Source: Alkalilimnicola ehrlichii MLHE-1 (GTDB lineage Bacteria > Pseudomonadota > Gammaproteobacteria > Nitrococcales > Halorhodospiraceae). From it: a DNA stretch of 32,000 bases. The notes under the pieces are model-generated. The model made no database searches. It had not been told where the DNA came from and saw only the letters and a list, made by a program, of their open reading frames with translations. The DNA lies in assembly GCF_000014785.1 (NCBI RefSeq), contig NC_008340.1:2700001-2732000 (forward strand). Reading direction: 5' to 3'. Below are positions 1 through 8,606 of this stretch, in pieces. Made by a program: the position numbers and the translations under genes. How positions within the stretch are numbered: the first letter of the stretch is position 1; every line of letters starts with the position of its first letter.

Positions 1-100
1 GCCCCCGGTAGCAGGGGGTCGGCGCCCCGCCGGCCACGGTGTACAGCGCAAACTTGATGCTGGAGGAACCTGCGTTGATGACGAGCAGGGCCTGGGTCAT
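1..100 (-). CDS. ackA: Acetate kinase, N-terminal fragment (gene runs off the left edge)
   Basis: Reverse complement reads MTQALLVINAGSSSIKFALYTVAGGAPTPCYRG; the (L/V)(V/L)(I/L)NAGSSSIKF motif is the acetate kinase N-terminus. The next upstream gene is a phosphate acetyltransferase. Confidence 0.9.
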   Translation of the reverse strand, partial: MTQALLVINAGSSSIKFALYTVAGGAPTPCYRG

Positions 101-189
101 GGGGGGCCTCCGCGTGGTTCGTACTGTTTATGGTTGAATCGTCATTGTGACGGGCAAGGCGTTGAAGTGATAGGTACGCTGCTGCTCGC

Positions 190-870
190 CATGATGTTAT
201 GGATTGCTTCGCTGCGCTCGCAATGACGGGGGTGGCACCTCCCCGGCCCTCTTGATGAACATGGCCAGACGCTGCGGGCGCCCCCTACCCTCACTGCGAG
301 CGCGGCCCCACCCCCACCGTCACTGCGAGGAGGCGAAGCCGACGTGGCAGTCTACCGCCCTGGATCGCCGCGGGCCTGCGGCCCTCGCGATGACGGTGGG
401 GGCGTATCCCCCGGCCCTCGCGATGACGGTGGGGCACCTCCCCCCGCCACTGCGAGGAGCGCAGCGACGTGGCAGTCCATGCGCTGCCTGGATCGCCGCG
501 GGCCTGCGGCCCTCGCGATGACGGTGGGGGCGTATCCCCCGGCCCTCGCGATGACGGTGGGGCACCTCCCCCGTCACTGCGAGGAGCGCAGCGACGTGGC
601 AGTCCATGCGCTGCCTGGATCGCCGCGGGCCTGCGGCCCTCGCGATGACGGTGGGGGCGTATCCCCCGGCCCTCGCGATGACGGTGGGGCACCTCCCCCG
701 TCACTGCGAGGAGCGCAGCGACGTGGCAGTCCATGCGCTGCCTGGATCGCCGCGGGCCTGCGGCCCTCGCGATGACGGTGGGGGCGTATCCCCCCGGCCC
801 TCGCGATGACGGTGGGGGCGTATCCCCCCGGCCTGCGCGATGACGGGGGGACGGCTCCCCCCGCCTAGCG
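190..870. repeat. Cluster of GC-rich imperfect palindromic repeats with a 127-bp tandem array (units starting about 324, 451, 578, 705)
   Basis: 'TGCGAGGAGCGCAGCGACGTGGCAGTCCATGCGCTGCCTGGATCGCCGCGGGCCTGCGGCCCTCGCGATGACGG...' recurs with 127-bp spacing. Copies at 451 and 578 read as identical. Each unit has CGTCACTGCGAGG / CCTCGCGATGACGG inverted ends. An outlying inverted half-element lies at about 200-232 (ATTGCTTCGCTGCGCTCGCAATGACGG). Confidence 0.9.
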
Positions 871-891
871 ATGACGGTCGGCGGCCTTTCC

Positions 892-2301
892 TTAGAGATG
901 AGCCAGGCCCTTGCGCTTGCGTTCGGCCACCAGCAGGGCGATGGCGCAGGAGGCCAGGCGGGCCACTACGTCGTCGGCGCGGCTGGTCAGCACGATGGGC
1001 ACCTTGGCGCCCAGCACGATGCCGGCGGCCTCGGCGTCCGCCAGGTAGTAGAGCTGCTTGGCCACCATATTGCCCGACTCCAAGTCCGGCACCAGCAGGA
1101 TGTCCGCCTGCCCGGCCACCTCGGAGCGGATGCCCTTGGTGCGTGCGGCAGCGCGGGAGATGGCGTTGTCGAAGGCCAGCGGCCCGTCCAGCAGGCCACC
1201 ATGGATCTGCCCTCTGTCGGCCATCTTGCAAAGCGCGGCGGCATCCAGGGTGGACTGCAGATCGGGGTTGACCGACTCGGTGGCGGAGAGGATGGCGGCG
1301 CGCGGCTCCGGGTTGTCCAGGGCGTGGGCCAGTTCGATGGCGTTCTGCAGGATGTCGCGCTTGGCCAGCAGGCCGGGGTGGATGTTGATGGCCGCGTCGG
1401 TGACCAGCAGCGGGCGCGGGTAGGTGGGCACGTCCATGCAGTAGACATGGCTGACCCGCCGCTCGGTGCGCAGGCCGTCGCGCCGGACCACCGCGCCCAT
1501 GAGCTCGTCGGTGTGCAGCGAGCCCTTCATCAGGGCCTCCACGTCGCGGTTCTTGGCCATCGCCACGCCCTGCTCCGCCGACTGGTGGCTGTGCTCGGTG
1601 GCCACCAGTTTGAATTGGGAGATGTCCAGTTCCGCCTCCTCGGCGGTGGCACGGATGCGGTGCTCCGGCCCCACCAGGATGGGCACCAGCAGGTTGTGTT
1701 CGGCGGCCCGCACCACCCCCTCCAGCGACAGGGCGTCCACCGGGTGGACCACCGCCGTGAGGATGGGGTCCAGGTCGTGGGCCAGGTCCAGCAGGCGTTT
1801 GAGCTGGCGGCGCTGGCGCCCCTTGGTCTGCAGCTCGGCCTCTGCCGGAGAGATCTGGGTGTGCTCCCGGCTGAGCTTCTCGGTGGGCGCACGCACGATG
1901 TAGATACCGCGCAGCACGTCCTCGCCATGTTCGTTCACACACTGGCAATCGAGCATCACCTGGCGGTCGCCCTGCTTCTCGTGGACCCGCACGGTGACGG
2001 TGACCGTCTCGCCGATGCTGACCGGGCGCAGGTGGGTGAGGTGCTGATCAATGAACTCGGTGCCCGGCCCGGGCATCTCGGTGGTGACCAGGGTGGCCAC
2101 CAGCCCAGCGCCCCACATGCCGTTGGCGATGGCCTTGTGGTAGAGGTCGCTGCGGGCGGCATCGGCGTCCATGTGCTCGGGGTTGAGCCGGGCGGAGCCG
2201 CCGGCGAACAGCCGCAGGTCGTCTATGGTCAGGCGCCGGATCAGGGTCGCCTCGTCCCCGACCTGCAACTCGTCGTAGGTGTGGTTCTCGATCTGGCTCA
2301 T
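892..2301 (-). CDS. Bifunctional enoyl-CoA hydratase (MaoC-like)/phosphate acetyltransferase
   Basis: 469 aa. N-terminal MaoC-like hot-dog region (NPEHMDADAARSDLYHKAIANGMWGAGL) fused to a Pta-type domain (HPVDALSLEGVVRAAEHNLLVPILVGPEHRI ... ADRGQIHGGLLDGPLAFDNAIS). Adjacent to ackA. Confidence 0.9.
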   Translation of the reverse strand: MSQIENHTYDELQVGDEATLIRRLTIDDLRLFAGGSARLNPEHMDADAARSDLYHKAIANGMWGAGLVATLVTTEMPGPGTEFIDQHLTHLRPVSIGETVTVTVRVHEKQGDRQVMLDCQCVNEHGEDVLRGIYIVRAPTEKLSREHTQISPAEAELQTKGRQRRQLKRLLDLAHDLDPILTAVVHPVDALSLEGVVRAAEHNLLVPILVGPEHRIRATAEEAELDISQFKLVATEHSHQSAEQGVAMAKNRDVEALMKGSLHTDELMGAVVRRDGLRTERRVSHVYCMDVPTYPRPLLVTDAAINIHPGLLAKRDILQNAIELAHALDNPEPRAAILSATESVNPDLQSTLDAAALCKMADRGQIHGGLLDGPLAFDNAISRAAARTKGIRSEVAGQADILLVPDLESGNMVAKQLYYLADAEAAGIVLGAKVPIVLTSRADDVVARLASCAIALLVAERKRKGLAHL

Positions 2302-2340
2302 GGCGTCGGTTGGGCCCTTATCAAGTGGGAATGTCCGCGG

Positions 2341-3117
2341 TCAGCCGGTGACGTGGTAGCCGCCGTCCACCGGGATGAGGGTGCCAGTAAGGGTACGGGC
2401 CTGGTCGCTGACCAGCAGTGCGGCCAGCGCACCCACATCGCCCGGCTCGGCCAGGCAGCGCAGCGGTGAGCGACTGCGCGCGGTCTCCATGAGGTGGTCA
2501 AAGCCGGCCAGACCGGAGGCGGCGCGGGTGTCCATGGGGCCCGGCGACAGGCCATGCACGCGGATGCCCTTGCCGCCCAGCTCGTCCGCCAGGTAGCGGA
2601 CGCTGCACTCCAGCGCCGCCTTGGCCGGGCCCATCAGCTGGTAGCCGGGGATGACCTTCTCGGCCCCGTAATAGCTCATGGTGAGCAGGGTCCCGCCCTG
2701 GTCCATCAGCGGCTCGGCCAGGCGCGCCATGCGAATGAAGGAATGGCAGGAGACGTCCATGGCGGTGAGAAAGCCGTCCACGGATGAGTCGGTGAGCCGG
2801 CCGTGCAGGTCCCGCAGGGGCGCGAAGGCAATGGAGTGGACCACGAAATCCAGCCGGCCCCACTGCGCCTCGATGGCCTGGAACACGGCCCCCAGCTCGC
2901 CCTCCTGCTGCACATTGCAAGGCATAACGATGGGCGCCTGCAGTTCCTCGGCCAACGGCCGGACGTGCTTCTCCGCCTTTTCATTCAGGTAGGTGACCGC
3001 CAGCTCAGCGCCCAGCTCCCGGAAGGCCCGCCCGCAGTGGTAGGCGATGCTCTGGTCGTTGGCGATACCGACCACCAGGCCTTTTTTGCCGGCCAGGGAC
3101 AGGAACGGCTGCGTCAT
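2341..3117 (-). CDS. fabI: Enoyl-[acyl-carrier-protein] reductase (NADH), FabI-type SDR
   Basis: 258 aa. GIANDQSIAYHCGRAFRELGAELAVTYLNEKAEKHVRPLAEE, active-site SYYGAEKVIPGYQLMGPAKAALE, RVHGLSPGPMDTRAASG. Confidence 0.88.
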   Translation of the reverse strand: MTQPFLSLAGKKGLVVGIANDQSIAYHCGRAFRELGAELAVTYLNEKAEKHVRPLAEELQAPIVMPCNVQQEGELGAVFQAIEAQWGRLDFVVHSIAFAPLRDLHGRLTDSSVDGFLTAMDVSCHSFIRMARLAEPLMDQGGTLLTMSYYGAEKVIPGYQLMGPAKAALECSVRYLADELGGKGIRVHGLSPGPMDTRAASGLAGFDHLMETARSRSPLRCLAEPGDVGALAALLVSDQARTLTGTLIPVDGGYHVTG

Positions 3118-3135
3118 AGGGGAATCTCCTGTGGG

Positions 3136-4893
3136 TCAGTCCATAAGGACGTATTTGCCGGGGGCGTTGCGCTGCGGCCGGTAGCCGCGCACGTCGGCGC
3201 CCATCTGCGGCGGCTTGCCCTTGTTGCCCGAATGCCGCGCCAGCCAGCGGTGCCACTCCGGCCACCAGGAGCCCTGTTTGCTGGGCACCTCGGCCAGGAA
3301 GTCATCCGGCGCCAGGTAGGGGTCCTGCACCTTGCGGCAGTGGACCTGATAGGTGCGCCGCGGGTGGCCCGGCGGGGTGACGATGCCAGCGTTGTGGCCG
3401 CCGGTGGTGAGGGCAAAGGTGACGTCCGTGCGGGCCAGCCGGTTGATCTTGTAGACCGACTTCCAGGGTGCGATGTGGTCCTTGGTGGTGCCCACGGCGA
3501 AGATGGGGGTGCGCACGTCCCAGAGGTGGATAGGCTGGCCGTCTACGTCGTAGCGCTCCTCCACGAAGTCGTTGTTGAGGAAGAGCTGGCGCAGGTACTC
3601 ACTGTGCATGCGGTAGGGCAGCCGGGTGGTGTCGGCGTTCCAAGCCATCAGGTCGATCATCTCGCTGCGCTCGCCCATGAGGTACTCACGGACCATACGC
3701 GACCAGATCAGGTCCTTGGAGCGCAGCAACTGAAAGGCGCCGGCCATCTGGTCCGAGCTCAGGTAGCCGGCATGCCACATCATGTCCTCCAGGAAGGTGA
3801 CCTGGCTGTCGTCGATAAACAGGTCCAGCTCGCCCGGCTCGGTGAAGTCACACTGGGCAGCAAAGCACGTCAGGCTGGCCAGGCGGTCGTCGCCCTCGCG
3901 CGCCATGGCGGCCGCCGCGAGCATGAGCAGGGTCCCGCCCAGGCAGTAGCCGGCGGCATGCACCTTCTGCTCCGGTACGATGGTGTTCACCGCCTTGAGG
4001 GCATCCATGATGCCCATCTTGCGGTAATCCTCCATGCCCAGATCGCTGTCGTCGGCGGAGGGGTTCTTCCACGACATCATGAACACCGTGTGGCCCTGGT
4101 TGACCAGGTACTCCACCAATGACTTGCCCGGGCGCAGGTCGAGGATGTAGTACTTCATGATCCACGCCGGCACGATGAGCACCGGCTCCGGGTGGACCCG
4201 ATCGGTGGCCGGTTCGTACTGGATCAGCTCGATCAGCCGGTTGCTGTAAACCACCTTGCCCGGGGTGAGCGCCAGGTTCTCGCCCACCTTCCACTTCTCC
4301 ATGCCGGCGGGGGGCTCGCCCTGGATTCGCCGGGCGGTGTCGTCCCACCAGTTGCGCAGGCCGCGATAGAGGTTGGCACCCCCCTCCTTGGCGGTGGTCT
4401 CCATCAGTTCCGGGTTGGTCCAGAAGTAGTTGGAGGGCGAATAGATGTCGAGGATCTGGCGGCCGAGGAAGTTGACCACGTCCTCATGGTGGGTCTCCAC
4501 GCCGCGGATGTCGGTGGTGGCCACGTGCCACCACTGCTGGGTGAGCAGGAAGCCCTGGTACCAGACGTTGAATGGCCAGCGCTGCCACTGGGACGCATTG
4601 AAGCGGGTGTCCTGGGGCAACGGCTCGATACAGGGCGGGTGGCGCTCGGCGCCGTTGGCCGCGCAGCGCATGGCGTAGAGCGACAGTCGGGTGGCCTTGC
4701 GCCAGGCCTTCTCCACCAGTTCCGTTTGGCGGCCCGGCGAGATACCCATGTGAATGGCCCAGTCGACATAGGCCAGCCCCAGGGAGGCCGGGGAGAGACC
4801 ACCGGTGACCCGCCCCATGCCGGCGTGCAACAGCCGGTCGATGGGGTGAGCGCCGCGACCGGTATCAACACGTTCGACTTTATCGTGGGTCAT
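3136..4893 (-). CDS. phaC: Class I poly(R)-hydroxyalkanoate synthase
   Basis: 585 aa. Lipase-like box with catalytic Cys (AAGYCLGGTLL), PWIMKYYILDLRPGKSLVEYLVNQGHTVFMMSWKNPS, GGHNAGIVTPPG, C-terminal GSWWPEWHRWL. Confidence 0.95.
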   Translation of the reverse strand: MTHDKVERVDTGRGAHPIDRLLHAGMGRVTGGLSPASLGLAYVDWAIHMGISPGRQTELVEKAWRKATRLSLYAMRCAANGAERHPPCIEPLPQDTRFNASQWQRWPFNVWYQGFLLTQQWWHVATTDIRGVETHHEDVVNFLGRQILDIYSPSNYFWTNPELMETTAKEGGANLYRGLRNWWDDTARRIQGEPPAGMEKWKVGENLALTPGKVVYSNRLIELIQYEPATDRVHPEPVLIVPAWIMKYYILDLRPGKSLVEYLVNQGHTVFMMSWKNPSADDSDLGMEDYRKMGIMDALKAVNTIVPEQKVHAAGYCLGGTLLMLAAAAMAREGDDRLASLTCFAAQCDFTEPGELDLFIDDSQVTFLEDMMWHAGYLSSDQMAGAFQLLRSKDLIWSRMVREYLMGERSEMIDLMAWNADTTRLPYRMHSEYLRQLFLNNDFVEERYDVDGQPIHLWDVRTPIFAVGTTKDHIAPWKSVYKINRLARTDVTFALTTGGHNAGIVTPPGHPRRTYQVHCRKVQDPYLAPDDFLAEVPSKQGSWWPEWHRWLARHSGNKGKPPQMGADVRGYRPQRNAPGKYVLMD

Positions 4894-4977
4894 GGCTGAA
4901 TCCCCTGCTCTCTGCTCGCCAAAGGCTTATACACTAAGGATGTTGCAGCGCAGCGGTTGTTGCAAGGGGCAGAATGA

Positions 4978-5841
4978 TTACGGCCGGTCGCGCTCGCCTT
5001 CATCCGGGCCTACCACCCGCACCGGGAAGGGATCGGTGACACTGCCGGCGTACAGGGTGCGGTGGGGGAAGGGGATCTCGATGCCCTCGCGGTCGAAGGC
5101 CTCCTTGATCTCGATCTGGAGGCTGTTGCGCATCTCCAGGAAGTTCTCGCGTTGGGCCCATACGTTGTATTGCAGGTTCAGCGCCGAGTCGCCGAAGCCC
5201 AGGAACAGGAACTGCGGCTTGGGCTCTTCCAGGCAGAGCGGATTGGCGCTGGCCACCTCCTCCAGTACCCGGCGCACGCGCTTGATGTCCTCCTTGTAGG
5301 CGACGCCGATCTGCAGATCGAGCCGGCGGATGGGGAAGCGCGACAGGTTCGTCATCTCGGTCTTGATCAGGGTCTCGTTGGGCAGGCGCACGAACAGGTT
5401 GTCGAAGGTGCGCAGTTTGACCGAGAGCAGGTCGATGGAGATAACCTCGCCAATGGTGGTGCCCACGCGGATGGTGTCGCCCACCGAGAAGGGACGTTCC
5501 CAGACCAGGAACAGGCCGCTGATGAGGTTGGAGGCGGAGGTCTGGGAGGCGAAGCCGATGGCCACCGAGATGATGCCGGCGGCGCCGAGCAGGACGCCCA
5601 GCTTGAAGCCCATCTGGTGCAAGGCGGAGGTGAAGGCGAGCACCAGGATGCCGTAGAAGATCACCCGGCGCAGGATGAGCCCCAGGTGGCGGTCCAGGTG
5701 GGTGGTGGGGATGCGCCCCACCAGGCCGGCGAGCACCCGCCCGAGCAGGAAACCGCCGACGAGGATGAGCGCCGCGCGCACCATGGCGCCACCGAGCCCG
5801 GCGGTGAAGAACTGGACGATGGCGTTAAACCAGGCTTCCAT
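4978..5841 (-). CDS. MscS-family mechanosensitive ion channel
   Basis: 287 aa. Transmembrane region followed by GVLLGAAGIISVAIGFASQTSASNLISGLFLVWERPFSVGDTI and LFVRLPNETLIKTEMTNLSRFPIRR. Confidence 0.92.
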   Translation of the reverse strand: MEAWFNAIVQFFTAGLGGAMVRAALILVGGFLLGRVLAGLVGRIPTTHLDRHLGLILRRVIFYGILVLAFTSALHQMGFKLGVLLGAAGIISVAIGFASQTSASNLISGLFLVWERPFSVGDTIRVGTTIGEVISIDLLSVKLRTFDNLFVRLPNETLIKTEMTNLSRFPIRRLDLQIGVAYKEDIKRVRRVLEEVASANPLCLEEPKPQFLFLGFGDSALNLQYNVWAQRENFLEMRNSLQIEIKEAFDREGIEIPFPHRTLYAGSVTDPFPVRVVGPDEGERDRP

Positions 5842-5897
5842 GGTGCCCCCTCACGGAAAGACTGCAAAGAACGTTATTGTGCGGCTGAATGGGCCAT

Positions 5898-6500
5898 CAT
5901 TGCGAGGTTCCACACACCGGCGCTGTGAAGTGGCACACCGTCACGGCGAACCCCGAAGGGGCGCGGCAGTCCAGGCGGCGGGTGGATCGCCGCGTCGCTG
6001 CGCTCCTCGCGATGACGGGGGGTGGTGGTGCCCCCACCGTCACGGCGAGCCCTGAAGGGGCGTGGCAGTCCAGGCGGCGGGTGGATCGCCGCGTCGCTGC
6101 GCTCCTCGCGATGACGGGGGGTGGTGGTGCCCCCACCGTCACGGCGGGAAGGGCCGCGCCCCCACCGTCACGGCGAGGAGGGCCGCGCCCCCGCCGTCAC
6201 TGCGAGGAGGCGAAGCCGACGTGGCAGTCTACCGCCCTGGATCGCCGCGGGCCTTCGGCCCTCGCGATGACGGGTGGGGCGCCCCCCTCGCGATGACGAC
6301 CGAAAACCCGCAGCCCTCGCCATGGCAGCCCCGCTGTTCTTCCCTGATTCGGGCCCGCGCAGCGGGGCGGGGGGCTCGCGATGACGGGGGAGGGGGTGGT
6401 GGTGGGCACCTCACGATGACGGGGCGTGGGGGCGCCCCCACCGTCACGGCGAGGAGGGCCGCGCCCCCGCCGTCACTGCGAGGAGCGAAGCGACGTGGCA
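5898..6500. repeat. Second cluster of the same palindromic repeat family, with a 99-bp tandem period (TCACGGCG at 5941, 6040, 6139) and further degenerate copies
   Basis: 'CGTCACGGCGA...GGGGCG(C/T)GGCAGTCCAGGCGGCGGGTGGATCGCCGCGTCGCTGCGCTCCTCGCGATGACGGGGGGTGGTGGTGCCCCCAC' repeats at 99-bp spacing. Related copies (GTCACTGCGAGGA..GACGTGGCAGTC) at about 6200 and 6470. Confidence 0.88.
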
Positions 6501-6511
6501 GTCTCCCGCCC

Positions 6512-7330
6512 TCAGCCGCGTAGTAATTGGGTGAAGGCGCGGAAGGCGGTGTGTTGGCGGCCGCTTTGGCGGGGGGCGCTGAGTCGGGTGCCGCCGTGGC
6601 ATTCCCGCGGGGGTTGGTCGGTGAAGCGCAGTTCGGCCAGGTCGCCGTCGGCGCGGCGGGTCAGCCCCACCTCCGGCGTCCACAGGTGGTCATCCTGGTC
6701 CGCGTACAGCGGCAGCCAGGGCATGGGCACGTTCAGCCGGTCCAGGGTCAGCGGGTCGGCGGCCTGGTTGCGGATCTGCACCGGGGTGATGACCCGGGCG
6801 GGGGAGCGTGCCTGCTCGGCCAAGGTGAGCCGGAAGCGGCTGCGGGTGGCGTAGCAGATCTCCCCCTCCATGTTCGAGGGGCCGAACCAGGTGTCGGAGG
6901 GGCGGTAGCTGGGTTGCTCCAGCATCCGGTGCTGCCTCTCGCCCAGGGTCACCCGCACCCAGACTGGCGTGGAGACGTACACCCGCACCGCCTCGCCACC
7001 GGGCACGGAGACCGGGCTCACCGGCCGCGAGACCACCGCACGGTCGGCGGGGAGCAGCTCCAGGTGGATGCGGGACTCGGGGGTAGCGAGCACCACCCGG
7101 TGCAGTTGTTCGCCCTCCGGGATCAGGGCCGGGTCGTCGCTGTGCACCATTTCGAGGCGGTCGAGCCAGGGGTCCGGGTCCTGCTCGCGCAGCAGCCGCC
7201 ACTCGTTTAGGCCGTGGTGCACGCGCAATCGCATGGGCCCCACCAGCCACTGGCGGGTGAAGCCCTGGGCGATGTTGAAGTCGCCGTACCAGCGGGCAAC
7301 CCGACCGCCCGCCGCCTGACTGCCACTCAT
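6512..7330 (-). CDS. Uncharacterised protein encoded at the 3' end of the gsp operon (possibly DUF432-like, tentative)
   Basis: 272 aa ORF; its start overlaps the gspN stop by 4 bp (ATGA). WYGDFNIAQGFTRQWLVGPMRLRVHHGLNEWRL... DUF432 resemblance is from memory only. Confidence 0.65.
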   Translation of the reverse strand: MSGSQAAGGRVARWYGDFNIAQGFTRQWLVGPMRLRVHHGLNEWRLLREQDPDPWLDRLEMVHSDDPALIPEGEQLHRVVLATPESRIHLELLPADRAVVSRPVSPVSVPGGEAVRVYVSTPVWVRVTLGERQHRMLEQPSYRPSDTWFGPSNMEGEICYATRSRFRLTLAEQARSPARVITPVQIRNQAADPLTLDRLNVPMPWLPLYADQDDHLWTPEVGLTRRADGDLAELRFTDQPPRECHGGTRLSAPRQSGRQHTAFRAFTQLLRG

Positions 7331-8115
7331 GGTGTGAACCTGCCCTCCAGACGGATCGGGTAAAGCCCGTCGCCGTCCGGCCGGCCGAGCATCCCCAGGG
7401 CCTGGCGCAGTTCACCCGGGGCCTGCTCGCTGTGCCCCACCCGACCCTCCAGGCGCCAGCGCAGCGCGGGGTCGACGCTGACCCGGGCGTCCAGGCGCAG
7501 GGGGCCGCCGTGGTCCTGCAGCTGGCCCTCCAGCTGGCCGTCGGCGCCGGTGAAATTGCCGGACAGATCCCCCAGCGGCAGGGCCATGGGCGCCTGCACC
7601 GCCGCTGCGTGCCACAGCAGGCGGCCGTCCAGCGAGGCCACCCGCCCGTCCGGCTCGAGCCGGGCGGCGTCCAGCCGGCCGCGGAAGGTGCCGTCCAGCG
7701 CCACCGGCCCCATGGCCGCATCGCCCACCCAGTGGCGCAGCCGCGCGGCCTCCAGGCGCAGCCTGACGTCGCGCAGCTCGACCCCACCGTCCGGCGCGAC
7801 CAGCGCCCGGCCCTCGATGTCGGCCCCCGCCTCGCGGAGGTGGAAGCGCAGATCGGCCTGCCCGCGCAGCAGACCACCCGGCTGCACGGTCCAGCTCAAC
7901 CGCTGCGCCTCATAGTGTTGCCAGGCGGGTTGTTCCAGGGTGCCGGACCAGACGGAGCCGGACGCCCCCGCCCAGCCGGCCTCGGGGGGCAACCAGCCCT
8001 GGCGCTCACCCAGTGCCAGGGCGGCGCCGGCGGGCCAGTACCCGATCAGGAAGGCGCCCCAGGCGAGCAGCGCCAGCAGGAACCAGCCGGTGTAACCGAG
8101 CAGCCACCGCCTCAT
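7327..8115 (-). CDS. gspN: Type II secretion system protein N
   Basis: Start chosen at MRRWLLGYTGWFLLALLAWGAFLIGYWPAGAAL. One N-terminal TM helix, followed by repeated-strand regions LSWTVQPGGLLRGQADLRF...PVALDGTFRGRLDAARLE typical of GspN. Positioned after gspM. Confidence 0.82.
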   Translation of the reverse strand: MRRWLLGYTGWFLLALLAWGAFLIGYWPAGAALALGERQGWLPPEAGWAGASGSVWSGTLEQPAWQHYEAQRLSWTVQPGGLLRGQADLRFHLREAGADIEGRALVAPDGGVELRDVRLRLEAARLRHWVGDAAMGPVALDGTFRGRLDAARLEPDGRVASLDGRLLWHAAAVQAPMALPLGDLSGNFTGADGQLEGQLQDHGGPLRLDARVSVDPALRWRLEGRVGHSEQAPGELRQALGMLGRPDGDGLYPIRLEGRFTP

Positions 8116-8606
8116 GATTCGGACTCCAGGGTGAGGCGGGCGTTGACCCGGCCGGGGGCGTCCAGCGGCTCCAGGCTGAGGGCGTGGACCCGCACGCCGG
8201 TCTCGGCGAGGGCGTCCAGCCAATAGAGCATCTGATCGAAGTCCGCCCGCTCCAGCCAGACCCGCACCCGCTGGTCACCGTCGGGCTGCAGGCGTTCCAG
8301 CCGCTCACCCAGGCCGTAGTCGCCGGCGCTGCGGTCCACCCGGCCCAGCAGGGAGTCGGCCCGGCCCTCGCCGGGGACGGCGGTGGCCCCGCCGGCCTGG
8401 CGCACCCGCTCGGCGGCGGCGGCCATCCAGGCCTGCTGGGCACGGGCCTCGGCCACCTCGCCACGCAGGGTCTCGGCGCGGTCGGAGAGCGGCAGCCAGA
8501 TGCCGCCCCAGGGCAACAGCACGGCGAGCACCAGGGCCCCGGCCAGCAGGATGCGCCGCTCCCGGGGTTCCAGCCCCTGCCAGTGGGCGAGCAGTCGCTC
8601 CTTCAT
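8112..8606 (-). CDS. gspM: Type II secretion system protein M
   Basis: 164 aa. MKERLLAHWQGLEPRERRILLAGALVLAVLLPWGGIWLPL; 4-bp overlaps with gspL and gspN. Confidence 0.87.
   Translation of the reverse strand: MKERLLAHWQGLEPRERRILLAGALVLAVLLPWGGIWLPLSDRAETLRGEVAEARAQQAWMAAAAERVRQAGGATAVPGEGRADSLLGRVDRSAGDYGLGERLERLQPDGDQRVRVWLERADFDQMLYWLDALAETGVRVHALSLEPLDAPGRVNARLTLESES

Noticed and set aside
204-809. Several ORFs on both strands (105-147 aa) made of repeated peptides such as MDCHVAALLAVTGEVPHRHREGRG
   Set aside because: These are translations of the 127-bp palindromic repeat array, not genes.
324-831. Possible CRISPR array
   Set aside because: The whole 127-bp unit is repeated, including what would be the spacer, and the unit is an imperfect palindrome; no short repeat with variable spacers and no cas genes.
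701-1948. 415-aa minus-strand ORF overlapping the pta-like gene
   Set aside because: Overlaps the well-supported 892-2301 gene in another frame and begins in its interior; low-complexity Gly/Arg/Pro-rich sequence.
5889-6523. Plus and minus ORFs such as MGHHCEVPHTGAVK... and MTVGAPPPPVIARSAATRRS...
   Set aside because: Translations of the 99-bp repeat cluster; no RBS or domain evidence.
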